The notes: generated by a model from the sequence alone, not told the origin. A DNA stretch of 64,000 nucleotides from Prevotellaceae bacterium UBA6417 (GCA_002439755.1 DJPH01000014.1:18577-82576), one strand, 5' to 3'. Shown: positions 39,400 through 49,244, counted from the first letter of the stretch. Numbers and translations are program-made.

Positions 39400-40353
39400 A
39401 TGATAGAAAAGCATTTGATATTGGAGGACATTGATCCTGCGGTATTCTATGGCGTAAGGAATTCTAATTTGCGCATGGTGAAGTCGCTGTATCCCAAGCT
39501 GCGCATCATGGCGCGCGACAATGTGGTGAAGGCTATAGGCGATGAGGATGATCTGGTGCGCTTTGAAGCCAAGATGGGAGAGCTGATATCCCATTGTGCC
39601 AAGTATAACTCGTTGTCTGAGGAAGCGATATTGGATATTCTGCGCGGCCAGAAGACAAAAGACGAAAGTGCCGAGGAGGTGATCGTCTACAGCACATCCG
39701 GAAAGCCAATCCGTGCCCGAAGCGAAAACCAATTGAGATTGGTGAGAGCCTATGAACACAATGATTTGATTTTTGCCATCGGCCCTGCAGGAACGGGCAA
39801 GACTTATACGAGCATTGCTTTGGCCGTAAGGGCGTTGAAGCGAAAGGAGATCAGAAAAATCATATTGAGTCGTCCGGCCGTTGAAGCCGGCGAAAAGCTG
39901 GGCTTTCTGCCCGGTGACATGAAGGAAAAGATAGACCCTTATCTGCAACCTTTGTACGATGCGCTTGAGGAGATGATACCGGTAGCCAAGCTCACTGAGT
40001 ATATGGATACGAATGTAATACAGATAGCTCCGTTGGCTTTTATGCGCGGTCGCACGTTGAATGATGCTGTTGTCATCCTGGATGAGGCACAGAACACAAC
40101 GTCAAGCCAGATAAAGATGTTTCTTACGCGTATGGGTACCAATACAAAGATGATAGTTACGGGTGACCGAACCCAGATAGACTTGCCTGCCTCCCAGAAG
40201 TCCGGTCTTGTTGAAGCCTTGCGTATATTGCACGGCGTTCCTGATATCGGGTTTGTGGAGTTGGACAAGAGAGACATTGTGCGCCACAAATTGGTCACAC
40301 GTATCGTAGAGGCCTATGAAAGGGATGAGAAGAAGGATAAGAACAATTGCTAA
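39400..40353 (+). CDS. phoH: PhoH-family ATPase
   Basis: Walker A GPAGTGKTY and Walker B VVILDEAQN, with PhoH-like length. Confidence 0.85.
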   Translation: MIEKHLILEDIDPAVFYGVRNSNLRMVKSLYPKLRIMARDNVVKAIGDEDDLVRFEAKMGELISHCAKYNSLSEEAILDILRGQKTKDESAEEVIVYSTSGKPIRARSENQLRLVRAYEHNDLIFAIGPAGTGKTYTSIALAVRALKRKEIRKIILSRPAVEAGEKLGFLPGDMKEKIDPYLQPLYDALEEMIPVAKLTEYMDTNVIQIAPLAFMRGRTLNDAVVILDEAQNTTSSQIKMFLTRMGTNTKMIVTGDRTQIDLPASQKSGLVEALRILHGVPDIGFVELDKRDIVRHKLVTRIVEAYERDEKKDKNNC

Positions 40354-40365
40354 ATATAAGTAAGT

Positions 40366-41313
40366 ATGAACAAGGCATTAGTAAAAACAGATTTCAAGTT
40401 TAAGGGCCTGACAAGCGTGTATCATGGCAAAGTCCGTGATGTGTACAATATCAATAACAAGGAACTTATCATGGTAGCCACCGACCGCATATCGGCTTTT
40501 GACGTGGTTTTGCCTGAGGGTATTCCTTTTAAGGGACAGGTGCTTAACCAGATTGCTGCCAAATTCCTGGATGCCACGGCCGACATTTGCCCCAATTGGA
40601 AGCTGGCAACTCCCGACCCCATGGTCACTGCCGGCGTGCTTTGCAAGGGTTTTCCCATAGAGATGATAGTACGCGGCTATTTGTGTGGCAGTGCCTGGCG
40701 TGCCTATAAGAGCGGCGTTCGTGAGATATGTGGAGTGAAGCTGCCTGATGGCATGAGGGAAAACCAGAAGTTTCCTGAACCTATCATCACGCCTACCACC
40801 AAGGCCGAGATTGGGGAGCATGATGCCGATATTTCCAAAGAAGAGATTCTGGCCCAAGGCCTTGCTACTCCCGAAGAGTATGCCGTGTTGGAGAAATATA
40901 CCCGTGCGCTGTTTCAGCGTGGTACAGAGATAGCTGCCAAGCGCGGCTTGATATTGGTTGATACCAAATATGAGTTTGGCCTGCATGATGGTGTAATCTA
41001 CCTGATGGATGAGATACACACGCCTGATTCGAGCCGTTATTTCTATAGCGATGGCTATGAGGAGAAGTTTGCCAAAGGCGAACCGCAGCGTCAGCTGTCC
41101 AAGGAATTTGTGCGCGAATGGCTGATGTCTTGCGGCTTCCAAGGCAAGGAAGGGCAGAAAGTGCCTGAAATGACTCCCGAGATTATAGAGAATATCAGTA
41201 ACCGCTATATAGAGCTCTACGAGCACATAACCGGTGAAACCTTCCATGGAGAAGAGGACGGCAATGTGGCAGCGCGCATAGAAAGGAACATCGAAGCCTA
41301 TTTAAACAAGTAA
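40366..41313 (+). CDS. purC: phosphoribosylaminoimidazole-succinocarboxamide synthase
   Basis: The long (about 315 aa) SAICAR synthetase form, with [18 protein letters not shown] and LVDTKYEFG motifs. Confidence 0.9.
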   Translation: MNKALVKTDFKFKGLTSVYHGKVRDVYNINNKELIMVATDRISAFDVVLPEGIPFKGQVLNQIAAKFLDATADICPNWKLATPDPMVTAGVLCKGFPIEMIVRGYLCGSAWRAYKSGVREICGVKLPDGMRENQKFPEPIITPTTKAEIGEHDADISKEEILAQGLATPEEYAVLEKYTRALFQRGTEIAAKRGLILVDTKYEFGLHDGVIYLMDEIHTPDSSRYFYSDGYEEKFAKGEPQRQLSKEFVREWLMSCGFQGKEGQKVPEMTPEIIENISNRYIELYEHITGETFHGEEDGNVAARIERNIEAYLNK

Positions 41314-41322
41314 TACAAAGCC

Positions 41323-42060
41323 ATGGGCTACGCGCAGGAAAACATCATGCCATATGGCGATAATGCTCCGAAGGGAAAGCAGGTGGAGCGAATGTTCGAC
41401 AACATCGCCCGCACTTACGACTTCTTGAACCATTGCCTTTCGTTCGGCATAGACAGCAAGTGGCGTAAGGCAACGATAGATTCGATCAAGCCTTTCAGAC
41501 ATGATGACATCCTGGATGTGGCTACCGGAACCGGCGACTTTGCCATTTTGGCTTACCGTCGGCTGCTTCCGAAGAAGATTGTTGCCGCAGATCTTTCAGA
41601 GGGCATGATGGATGTGGGTCGCAAAAAGGCGGAGAAAGCCGGGCTGGGCCATGCCATCGAGTTTAGGAAAGAGGACTGCATGCATTTGGGGTTTGCCGAC
41701 AACAGCTTTGATGTCGTCACAGTGGCCTATGGAGTGCGCAATTTTCAGGACTTGGATCGCGGTCTTCGTGAGATGCGACGTGTACTGCGCCCGGGTGGCC
41801 ATGTGTGCATATTGGAACTTTGCACTCCGGTGAGCTTTCCCATGAAGCAGCTTTTCTGGGTCTATTCCCATGTGGTAATGCCGTTGCTGGGACGTCTTGT
41901 CTCGAAAGACGGCAAGGCCTATGCCTATCTGCCTGCCACGATGGAAGCTTTTCCGCAAGGCGAGGTGATGCAGCAAATCCTGAGGAAGGCCGGTTACAAA
42001 GAAGTGTCGTTCCGTCGTTTCACCTTTGGATTGAGTACGATGTATATAGCATGTAAATAA
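41323..42060 (+). CDS. ubiE: demethylmenaquinone/ubiquinone methyltransferase
   Basis: [16 protein letters not shown] motif LDVATGTGD and VAYGVRNF. Confidence 0.85.
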   Translation: MGYAQENIMPYGDNAPKGKQVERMFDNIARTYDFLNHCLSFGIDSKWRKATIDSIKPFRHDDILDVATGTGDFAILAYRRLLPKKIVAADLSEGMMDVGRKKAEKAGLGHAIEFRKEDCMHLGFADNSFDVVTVAYGVRNFQDLDRGLREMRRVLRPGGHVCILELCTPVSFPMKQLFWVYSHVVMPLLGRLVSKDGKAYAYLPATMEAFPQGEVMQQILRKAGYKEVSFRRFTFGLSTMYIACK

Positions 42061-42062
42061 TC

Positions 42063-42809
42063 ATGAAGCTGTTTGGCTTGATAGGATATCCGTTGATGCA
42101 TTCGTTCAGCAGGGCTTTCTTTTCAAAGAAGTTCCTTGACGAAGGCATTGACGCTGAGTATCAAAACTTCGAGATACCTTCGATAGAAGAGTTTCCGAAG
42201 ATAATTTCCCGGCATGCCGATCTGTATGGGTTGAACGTGACGTTGCCTTATAAGCAGGCCGTCATTCCCTATTTGGATGAGTTGAGCAATGAGGCGCGTG
42301 AGATAGGAGCCGTTAATGTTGTGAGGGTGGCCCATGCCGGCACTTCGGTCAGGCTGAAGGGCTTCAATGCCGACGTTATAGGTTTTGTGCGCTCGCTCCA
42401 ACCCTTGTTGAAGCCTTCTCACCGCAAGGCTTTGGTCTTGGGTACCGGTGGAGCTTCGAAGGCTATTGTATACGGGCTTCACAGCTTGTCGATAGATACG
42501 TTGCAGGTGAGCCGCCATCCCGAAGCCGGCATGATAGGCTACGATGGTATCACTGCCGCGGTGCTGGACGAATATACCGTGATAGTCAACTGTACGCCCT
42601 GCGGCATGTATCCCCACGTTGCCGAGTGTCCTGACATTCCGTATCATAGATTAGACAGTCGTCATCTACTGTATGATTTGGTCTATAACCCGGAAGAAAC
42701 ACTGTTTCTCCGGCAGGGTCGCAGGCAGGGATGTATAGTGAAAAACGGTTTGGAGATGTTACACTTGCAGGCTTTGGCCAGCTGGGACTATTGGAACGGA
42801 AAGGAATAA
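42063..42809 (+). CDS. aroE: shikimate dehydrogenase
   Basis: GYPLMHSFS, NVTLPYK and GFNADVIGF, with NADP site LGTGGASKA. Confidence 0.85.
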   Translation: MKLFGLIGYPLMHSFSRAFFSKKFLDEGIDAEYQNFEIPSIEEFPKIISRHADLYGLNVTLPYKQAVIPYLDELSNEAREIGAVNVVRVAHAGTSVRLKGFNADVIGFVRSLQPLLKPSHRKALVLGTGGASKAIVYGLHSLSIDTLQVSRHPEAGMIGYDGITAAVLDEYTVIVNCTPCGMYPHVAECPDIPYHRLDSRHLLYDLVYNPEETLFLRQGRRQGCIVKNGLEMLHLQALASWDYWNGKE

Positions 42810-42819
42810 CGGAGGATAA

Positions 42820-43722
42820 GTGGTGCGTCTTGTCAACATAGTGATAGTGTCATTGGCCATGCTGTTTGCGCTCAACGCGAATGCACGGGTGTGGACAGTC
42901 AACGATTTGCCCATGGACTACTTGCAGGACGAACGCAGGCATGTGTGCAATCCCGACGGCGTGCTTTCACCTCAGATGACAGACAGCCTGGATGCCGTGC
43001 TCTACACGTTGGAAAAGTCAAAGGGTGTGCAGTGCATCGTCGTTGCCGTCAAGCAGTTGGAAGAAGGCGACACCTATACGTTTGGCATGGAGCTGGGACG
43101 TAAATACGGCATAGGAAGAAAAGACAAGAACACCGGCCTGGTGATAGTGCTGAGCACCGACGACAGAAGATACAGCATACTGACCGGCCTTGGACTGGAA
43201 GGCACATTGCCCGACGCCATCTGCAAGCGCATAGAGAACCGCATCATGGTTCCTTACTTCAAGAAAGGTGATTGGGACAATGGAATGATGCGGGCTGTTG
43301 CAGCCATCAACGGTTATATCAACGGTGACACAACGCTTGACGGCAGTGATGACAAGGAATCCTCGTGGTGGGGCTTCCCGTTGCTGTTTTTCTTTATAAT
43401 TGTGTTTGTGGTTGTCATAACCTATTCGAGTGCCCGGAAATGCCCGCAGTGCGGCAGGAAGTCCTTGGCAAAGTCGGCCGAGAAGTTCCTTTACACGCGT
43501 GATGGCTGGGATTATTTTCAGGTAATATCCTCGTGCCGTCGTTGTGGATATTCAGAGTCCTCCGTTGTGCGTCGCAGGCATGAGGACAACGATAATGGCG
43601 GATTGCTGGCCGGGGCCATTATAGGGTCGATGCTGAGCGGCCGCGGAGGCGGAGGAGGTTTCAGCGGAGGCAGCTTCGGAGGAGGCAGTTTCGGAGGAGG
43701 CGGAGCCAGCGGAGATTTTTAG
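42820..43722 (+). CDS. TPM-domain protein with a transmembrane segment, a CxxC...CxxC zinc ribbon and a Gly-rich tail
   Basis: GTG start and signal/anchor. TPM pattern (VVAVKQL...TGLVIVLSTDDRRYSILTGLGLEG). After the transmembrane helix come CPQCGRK...CRRCGY and then GGGGGFSGGSFGGGSFGGGG. Confidence 0.65.
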   Translation: MVRLVNIVIVSLAMLFALNANARVWTVNDLPMDYLQDERRHVCNPDGVLSPQMTDSLDAVLYTLEKSKGVQCIVVAVKQLEEGDTYTFGMELGRKYGIGRKDKNTGLVIVLSTDDRRYSILTGLGLEGTLPDAICKRIENRIMVPYFKKGDWDNGMMRAVAAINGYINGDTTLDGSDDKESSWWGFPLLFFFIIVFVVVITYSSARKCPQCGRKSLAKSAEKFLYTRDGWDYFQVISSCRRCGYSESSVVRRRHEDNDNGGLLAGAIIGSMLSGRGGGGGFSGGSFGGGSFGGGGASGDF

Positions 43723-43757
43723 ACAGAGACAGAATAATCAAAGACAAAACCAATATC

Positions 43758-44351
43758 ATGAAATCAAAAACATTAAAGGTCGTTATTGCCATCGTGGCTG
43801 TCATCGTGTTGATGGTAGGCTGTGGTGCATCGCAATACAACGGCCTTGTAAGTGCCGATGAGGCATTGACGACAAAGTGGAGCAACGTAGAAACGCAGTA
43901 TCAGCGGCGGGCCGACCTGATTCCCAACCTGGTAAACACGGTCAAGGGCTATGCCAAGCATGAGCAGAACACCTTGAGGGAAGTGGTCGAGGCACGCTCC
44001 AAGGCCACGCAGATAACAGTAGATGCCGATGGCCTTACGCCCGAGAAGATGAAGGAATATCAGGCTGCCCAGGGTCAGTTGAGTGCAGCTCTCGGCAAGC
44101 TGCTGGCCATTTCGGAGAATTATCCGCAGCTGAAGGCCAACGAAAACTTCATGGAGCTGCAGGCCCAGCTCGAAGGCACGGAGAACCGCATTGCCGTGAG
44201 CCGCAGGGACTATAACGAGGCTGTGCAAAGCTATAATCTGAAGGTGCGCCGTTTCCCCTCCAACATCTTTGCCGGAATCTTCGGATTTTCCGCCAAATCG
44301 AAGTTTGAAGCTGACGAAGCTTCCAAGAATGCTCCAAAAGTAGAGTTCTGA
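43758..44351 (+). CDS. lemA: LemA family protein
   Basis: N-terminal anchor and the LemA pattern (QYQRRADLIPNLV...YPQLKANENF...RRDYNEAV..YN). Confidence 0.85.
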   Translation: MKSKTLKVVIAIVAVIVLMVGCGASQYNGLVSADEALTTKWSNVETQYQRRADLIPNLVNTVKGYAKHEQNTLREVVEARSKATQITVDADGLTPEKMKEYQAAQGQLSAALGKLLAISENYPQLKANENFMELQAQLEGTENRIAVSRRDYNEAVQSYNLKVRRFPSNIFAGIFGFSAKSKFEADEASKNAPKVEF

Positions 44352-44352
44352 C

Positions 44353-45525
44353 ATGATAGACAGCAAGCAAAGATACATGATGCGTGGTGTCAGTGCCATG
44401 AAAGAAGATGTCCACAATGCCATCAAGAACATTGACAAGGGTCTTTACCCGCAAGCCTTTTGTAAAATCATACCGGATATACTGGGCGGCGACCCTGATT
44501 ATTGTAATATAATGCACGCCGACGGTGCCGGCACCAAGTCGTCACTGGCCTATGTCTATTGGAAAGAGACAGGCGACCTTTCGGTGTGGAAGGGCATTGC
44601 CCAGGATGCTTTGGTCATGAACACCGACGACCTGCTTTGTGTGGGTGCTGTCGACAACATCCTGGTGAGCTCCACCATAGGCCGCAACAAGCTGTTAGTG
44701 CCGGGCGAGGTGATTTCGGCCATCATCAACGGCACCGATGAGCTGCTTGCGCAGATGCGCGAGATGGGAATAGGCATCTATTCCACCGGAGGCGAGACTG
44801 CCGACCTGGGCGACCTGGTACGTACCATTGTGGTAGATTCGACCGTCACCTGCCGCATGAAGCGCAGCGATGTCATAGACAATGCCAACATACGTCCCGG
44901 AGATGTGATAGTAGGTCTGGCTTCGTTCGGGCAGGCCACCTATGAAACCCAATACAACGGTGGCATGGGAAGCAACGGCCTCACCAGTGCGCGCCACGAT
45001 GTCTTTGCAAAATACATTGCGCAAAGCTATCCCGAGAGCTACGATAAGCAGGTTCCCGAAGAACTGGTATACAGCGGCAGCTACAGGCTGACCGATTCCG
45101 TGGAAGGCTCACCCCTCAATGCAGGGAAACTCGTGCTGAGCCCCACGCGCACCTATGCCCCAGTTGTCAGAAAGCTGCTCGACTTGATGCGTCACGCCAT
45201 CCATGGAATGGTCCACTGCACAGGCGGAGCACAGACCAAGGTGCTCCACTTTGTCGGTGACGACTGCCGGGTTGTAAAAGACAATATGTTTCCCGTGCCT
45301 CCCTTGTTCAAGGCCATCCAGCAGGAAAGCGGCACAGACTGGCAGGAAATGTACAAGGTGTTCAACATGGGTCATCGCATGGAAATCTATGTTTCCCCCG
45401 AGGATGCAGTGCGTGTCATCGAGGTGGCAAAGAGCTACGATATAGATGCCCGTGTCGTAGGCCATATAGAAAAAGGCCGGCGCAGCCTCACCATAAAGAG
45501 CGAATTCGGAGAGTTCAACTATTGA
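44353..45525 (+). CDS. purM: AIR synthase (PurM)-related protein, long Bacteroidetes form
   Basis: 390 aa with DGAGTKS and NTDDLLCVGA motifs of the PurM/AIRS family. Confidence 0.7.
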   Translation: MIDSKQRYMMRGVSAMKEDVHNAIKNIDKGLYPQAFCKIIPDILGGDPDYCNIMHADGAGTKSSLAYVYWKETGDLSVWKGIAQDALVMNTDDLLCVGAVDNILVSSTIGRNKLLVPGEVISAIINGTDELLAQMREMGIGIYSTGGETADLGDLVRTIVVDSTVTCRMKRSDVIDNANIRPGDVIVGLASFGQATYETQYNGGMGSNGLTSARHDVFAKYIAQSYPESYDKQVPEELVYSGSYRLTDSVEGSPLNAGKLVLSPTRTYAPVVRKLLDLMRHAIHGMVHCTGGAQTKVLHFVGDDCRVVKDNMFPVPPLFKAIQQESGTDWQEMYKVFNMGHRMEIYVSPEDAVRVIEVAKSYDIDARVVGHIEKGRRSLTIKSEFGEFNY

Positions 45526-45544
45526 TATCAGAGCCCTGGCTTGC

Positions 45545-45722
45545 GGTCTGTACACATTGCAGGGTGTGATGTGTACATATCGCAGGTTGCGATGTGGCTG
45601 ATTGCAGGGTGTTTCATGTACATGAAACACCTTCTTCTATGTACATGAAACAACCTCTTCCCCCTATAGGAAACAACCTGTTTCATGTACATGAAACACT
45701 TTCGATGTGTACAGACCGTAGG
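45545..45722. repeat. intergenic array B: eight 22-23 bp units, inverted copy of array A, between convergent purM and cca
   Basis: Unit starts are at 45545, 45566, 45589, 45611, 45634, 45657, 45680 and 45703. It contains two perfect 18-bp palindromes GTTTCATGTACATGAAAC (45611-45628 and 45680-45697). Confidence 0.9.
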
Positions 45723-45734
45723 CCAGGATGTGTA

Positions 45735-47168
45735 TTATACGGGCTTCAGCCCCATGGCAGCAGCCTTTTTCATCATATATTCGTAGGCCGCATCGTGTTC
45801 ATTGGGTATCTTGCCGTCAAGGATGGCGTCCTTGATGCTGCTTTTCAGTGTGCCAATCTCCCTGCATGGTGTGAGCCCGAAGACCTTCATGATTTCTTCG
45901 CCGCCGACGGGGGGCTGGAAGTTGCGTATGCGGTCTTTCTCTTCCAGGTCTTTCAGCTTTTGGCGCACAATGCGGAAATTGTTGAGAAACATTTTCTTGC
46001 GATCCTCGTTGCGGCTGGTGATGTCGCATTCGCAGAGTGTCATCAGGTCGTCTATGTCGTTGCCGGCATCAAAGAGCAGACGCCTCACGGCACTGTCGGT
46101 GACCTCGTCATCTGCTATGGCAATAGGCCGCATATGCAGGCCTACAAGCTTCTTGACATACTTCATGCGTTCGTCGGAGGGCAGCTTCAGACGTCTGAAC
46201 ATGCGGCCTGCAATCTTTTCGCCCACAATGTTATGGTTGTGGAAGGTCCACCCCAAAGTAGGGCTGAATGCCTTCGTGGCAGGCTTGCCCACGTCGTGCA
46301 GAAGTGCCGCCCAGCGCAGCCAAAGGTTGCTACTCTTGGCTGCCACATTGTCGAGAACCTGCAGCGTATGATAAAAGATGTCTTTGTGAGTGATGCCGTT
46401 GCGCGAGTCGCGGCCTTGCAGAGCTGCAATCTCGGGCAGTATGATATCAAGCAGCCCGCAGCGTTCCAAGTCGATGAACCCTTTCGAGGGAACGGGCGAA
46501 AGCATTATCTTGTTGAGCTCTGAGGTGATGCGCTCATAACTGATGATCTTTATACGTTCCTTGTTGCGACCCAGGGCATCGAAGGTGTCGTCATCAATGA
46601 GAAAATTGAGCTGTGTGGCAAATCTGATGCAGCGCATCATACGCAACGGATCGTCACTGAAGGTAATGTCGGGGTCGAGAGGTGTACGGATCAGACCTTC
46701 TTCTAAGTCGCAAAGCCCGTCGAAAGCATCCACAAGACGGCCAAAGCTGTCTGCATTAAGGCATATGCCAAGAGCGTTAATAGTGAAGTCGCGCCGGTTC
46801 AAATCATCTTGCAGGGTGCCGTCTTCCACAATGGGCTTTCTGGAACTCCGGTCATAGCTCTCGCGGCGCGCACCCACAAACTCAAACTCAATGCCGTGCC
46901 ATTTCACCTGTGCCGTGCCAAAGTTGCGGAACACGGCCGGCTCATGACCCCCACCCAGGCGCTGTGCAAAAGCCTTGGCCGTTTCGATGCCATTGCCTAC
47001 AACCATGACATCCACATCGTTGGTAGGCCTCTGAAGAAACAGGTCGCGCACATAGCCCCCTATAAGATAGCAGGGAAAGCCCAGACTATCGGCAGTGCGG
47101 CCAATGAGGTGAAAAACTTCTTGTTGGCTGATTTGCTCAACGACTCTCTCTAAGGACAATAGTTGCAT
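45735..47168 (-). CDS. cca: CCA-adding tRNA nucleotidyltransferase with HD domain
   Basis: PolA-head motif GGYVRD...DVDV, an RRDFTINA motif and a C-terminal HD (LLHDVGKP). Confidence 0.8.
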   Translation of the reverse strand: MQLLSLERVVEQISQQEVFHLIGRTADSLGFPCYLIGGYVRDLFLQRPTNDVDVMVVGNGIETAKAFAQRLGGGHEPAVFRNFGTAQVKWHGIEFEFVGARRESYDRSSRKPIVEDGTLQDDLNRRDFTINALGICLNADSFGRLVDAFDGLCDLEEGLIRTPLDPDITFSDDPLRMMRCIRFATQLNFLIDDDTFDALGRNKERIKIISYERITSELNKIMLSPVPSKGFIDLERCGLLDIILPEIAALQGRDSRNGITHKDIFYHTLQVLDNVAAKSSNLWLRWAALLHDVGKPATKAFSPTLGWTFHNHNIVGEKIAGRMFRRLKLPSDERMKYVKKLVGLHMRPIAIADDEVTDSAVRRLLFDAGNDIDDLMTLCECDITSRNEDRKKMFLNNFRIVRQKLKDLEEKDRIRNFQPPVGGEEIMKVFGLTPCREIGTLKSSIKDAILDGKIPNEHDAAYEYMMKKAAAMGLKPV

Positions 47169-47186
47169 ATGCGGTCATTTTGACTG

Positions 47187-47194
47187 CAAAAGTA
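47187..47194 (-). promoter_or_regulatory. -7 box (TACTTTTG) for cca
   Basis: Exact TAnnTTTG on the minus strand, 18 nt upstream of the ATG at 47168. Confidence 0.5.
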
Positions 47195-47336
47195 CGCAAA
47201 AACGCCTAAACTCACACCTTTTGAGCCTGCCAACCACCCCGAAACCGGTTCTTCATGAGCCGGAAAAGCACAAAAGACCGTTTAGGCATACAATGAATAA
47301 TAAAAATCATTATCTTTACACCCAAAAAGAAACATT

Positions 47337-47783
47337 ATGGAAGAAATACGCATCGTTGAGGTCAAGTCAGTGGTCCATGAATATGTGGCAGCCATCGACA
47401 GCCTACTGGAGCAGCTCACTCCCGGTTTGCCTCCCTTTACGGAAAGCGACCTGGTCAGCATCGTCTCATGTCCCAACAGCCATCTGTTCCTGCTCCTGTC
47501 CGGCTGGAAAATCATAGGGATGATGACGATTGCAGTCTACAACTCGCCGACAGGCAAGAAAGCATGGGTAGAGGATGTCGTGGTAGACAAGGCATACCGC
47601 GGCAAACTGTTGGGCAGAAAGCTCATAACACATGCCGTGAACTATGTGCGCGAAATGGGCGACTGCGTGCTGATGCTCACCTCGAACTCATCGAGAAAAG
47701 CCGCCAACCACCTGTATCAGTCAGCAGGATTCGAACAGAAACCCACCAATGTCTACCGCATGAAACTGTCCAAAGCCAAATGA
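47337..47783 (+). CDS. GNAT-family N-acetyltransferase
   Basis: 148 aa with the acetyl-CoA motif VVVDKAYRGKLLGRKL and the C-terminal YQSAGF. Confidence 0.8.
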   Translation: MEEIRIVEVKSVVHEYVAAIDSLLEQLTPGLPPFTESDLVSIVSCPNSHLFLLLSGWKIIGMMTIAVYNSPTGKKAWVEDVVVDKAYRGKLLGRKLITHAVNYVREMGDCVLMLTSNSSRKAANHLYQSAGFEQKPTNVYRMKLSKAK

Positions 47784-47830
47784 CGGCATCGCATAACAGA
47801 AATATAAACAACCCCAAAAACCATAGTCAC

Positions 47831-48451
47831 ATGAAAGCATTCATAGCAACAGTATTCTTCTTCTGTCTCTCTGCAGTGCTTCAGGCACGAGACATGAAAC
47901 AGTTATTCGTACAGATGCCCACAGAACTCTTGCCCGAACTCTCGGCCGACAACAAGTTGGACTGTATAGACTTCCTGGCCAGCGGTATGAAGGCAACGGT
48001 GCAAAACAAATTCGGGGAAAACAGCTCGTTGCTGGTAATCAACGACAAGTATGCCCTGATGAAAGTATCGTCGGCCATGCAGTGCGAAATGCGCCTCCTC
48101 ACAGACGGCAGCGACAGCCTTATATGCATCGTAAAGACCTACTATACACCCGGAGCCGAAAGCACCGTCGAATTTTATGACACAAAATGGCACAAGCAGC
48201 CCTCGTCGGCCTACTTGACGATGCCCTCACTCAAAGACTTCGAAACATCACCCCTCTGCAACACGCAGGCCCCGAAACCAGGCACCGTGCTGATACAGGC
48301 ACGGCTCTCAGACTCGGAAGATGCCATCACCTTCACCCTGGACTGCTGGGACTCCAACCCCGACCTCAGAAACCAGTTGGAACAATGCCTCAAAAAAGAA
48401 CTGCCCTACCGGTGGCAGAAAAACCGCTTCGAGCCGTCATCCACCCAATGA
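47831..48451 (+). CDS. secreted hypothetical protein (DUF3256-like)
   Basis: The signal peptide MKAFIATVFFFCLSAVLQA starts at the internal ATG 47831. The upstream part of the ORF overlaps the GNAT gene in another frame. Confidence 0.5.
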   Translation: MKAFIATVFFFCLSAVLQARDMKQLFVQMPTELLPELSADNKLDCIDFLASGMKATVQNKFGENSSLLVINDKYALMKVSSAMQCEMRLLTDGSDSLICIVKTYYTPGAESTVEFYDTKWHKQPSSAYLTMPSLKDFETSPLCNTQAPKPGTVLIQARLSDSEDAITFTLDCWDSNPDLRNQLEQCLKKELPYRWQKNRFEPSSTQ

Positions 48452-48518
48452 CAACCATGGATGCACCCAAAAAAACAGAAAAATAAGCCCTCAGCCGGCA
48501 AAAGCCACATTATGTTCG

Positions 48519-48526
48519 TATCTTTG
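48519..48526 (+). promoter_or_regulatory. -7 box (TATCTTTG) for tsaB
   Basis: Exact TAnnTTTG, 24 nt upstream of the ATG at 48551. Confidence 0.5.
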
Positions 48527-48550
48527 CATTTCATTGAATGATTAAGTAGA

Positions 48551-49243
48551 ATGTCTTGCATCGTACATATAGAAACAACGACAACAGTATGTTCGGTAGC
48601 CCTTAGTCAGGACGGACAATGTCTGATGTCGGAAGAAAAGTTCGACGGTCCCTCACACGGCACCGTCCTGGCTCCCTTTGTAGAGGAAGCCGTGTCGTTT
48701 GCCGACAGTCACGCCATCCCCATAGATGCAGTGGCCGTCAGCCGTGGCCCCGGCTCATACACCGGTCTGCGCATAGGAGCCTCTACGGCAAAAGGCCTTT
48801 GCTACGGCCGCAACCTGAAGCTCATAGCCGTATCAACGTTGGAACTGATGTGCGTACCGTTGCTCCTGTTCCACGACGAGCTGCCCTACGATGCCCTGTT
48901 CTGCCCCATGCTTGATGCCCGCCGGATGGAAGTATATTCGGCACTCTATACACGTAGCCTGAAAGAAGTGAAACCCGTCTCTGCCGAAATCATCGACGAG
49001 ACCTCTTATCAGGACCTCCTGCAACAACACAAGATAGTGTTCTTCGGCAACGGGGCCGAAAAGTGCAAACAGACAATAGTGCACCCCAATGCCCTATTCA
49101 TCGACGGCATCACTCCGCTGGCCAAATACATGTTTCCCCTCGCAGAAAAAGCATTGGCCCAAGGCATCACCGAAGACGTAGCCTATTTTGAACCCTTCTA
49201 CCTTAAAGAATTCGTGGCCACAAAGCCCAGGAAACTCATTTGA
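48551..49243 (+). CDS. tsaB: tRNA t6A biosynthesis protein TsaB
   Basis: IETTTTVCSVAL..., GPGSYTGLRIG motif, 230 aa. Confidence 0.85.
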   Translation: MSCIVHIETTTTVCSVALSQDGQCLMSEEKFDGPSHGTVLAPFVEEAVSFADSHAIPIDAVAVSRGPGSYTGLRIGASTAKGLCYGRNLKLIAVSTLELMCVPLLLFHDELPYDALFCPMLDARRMEVYSALYTRSLKEVKPVSAEIIDETSYQDLLQQHKIVFFGNGAEKCKQTIVHPNALFIDGITPLAKYMFPLAEKALAQGITEDVAYFEPFYLKEFVATKPRKLI

Positions 49244-49244
49244 C

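Noticed and set aside
40378-41247. 289-aa ORF antisense to purC, and similar long antisense ORFs at 6477..7130, 52961..53824, 54683..55573, 56843..57862, 58816..59634 and 61834..62433.
   Set aside because: Each is embedded in a confidently identified gene on the other strand and shows no motifs. These are shadow ORFs, as expected at this GC content.
45594-46523. 309-aa plus-strand ORF starting in array B.
   Set aside because: Its N-terminus is translated repeat sequence and the rest is antisense to the cca gene, which has clear nucleotidyltransferase and HD motifs.
47727-47736. tRNA T-arm-like GGATTCGAAC.
   Set aside because: It lies inside the GNAT coding frame (QSAGFEQK) and no cloverleaf can be built around it. 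I found no tRNA in any intergenic region.
47468-47830. N-terminal 121-codon extension of the DUF3256-like ORF.
   Set aside because: The extension overlaps the GNAT gene in another frame and is Arg/Pro-rich. The internal ATG at 47831 begins a clean signal peptide.
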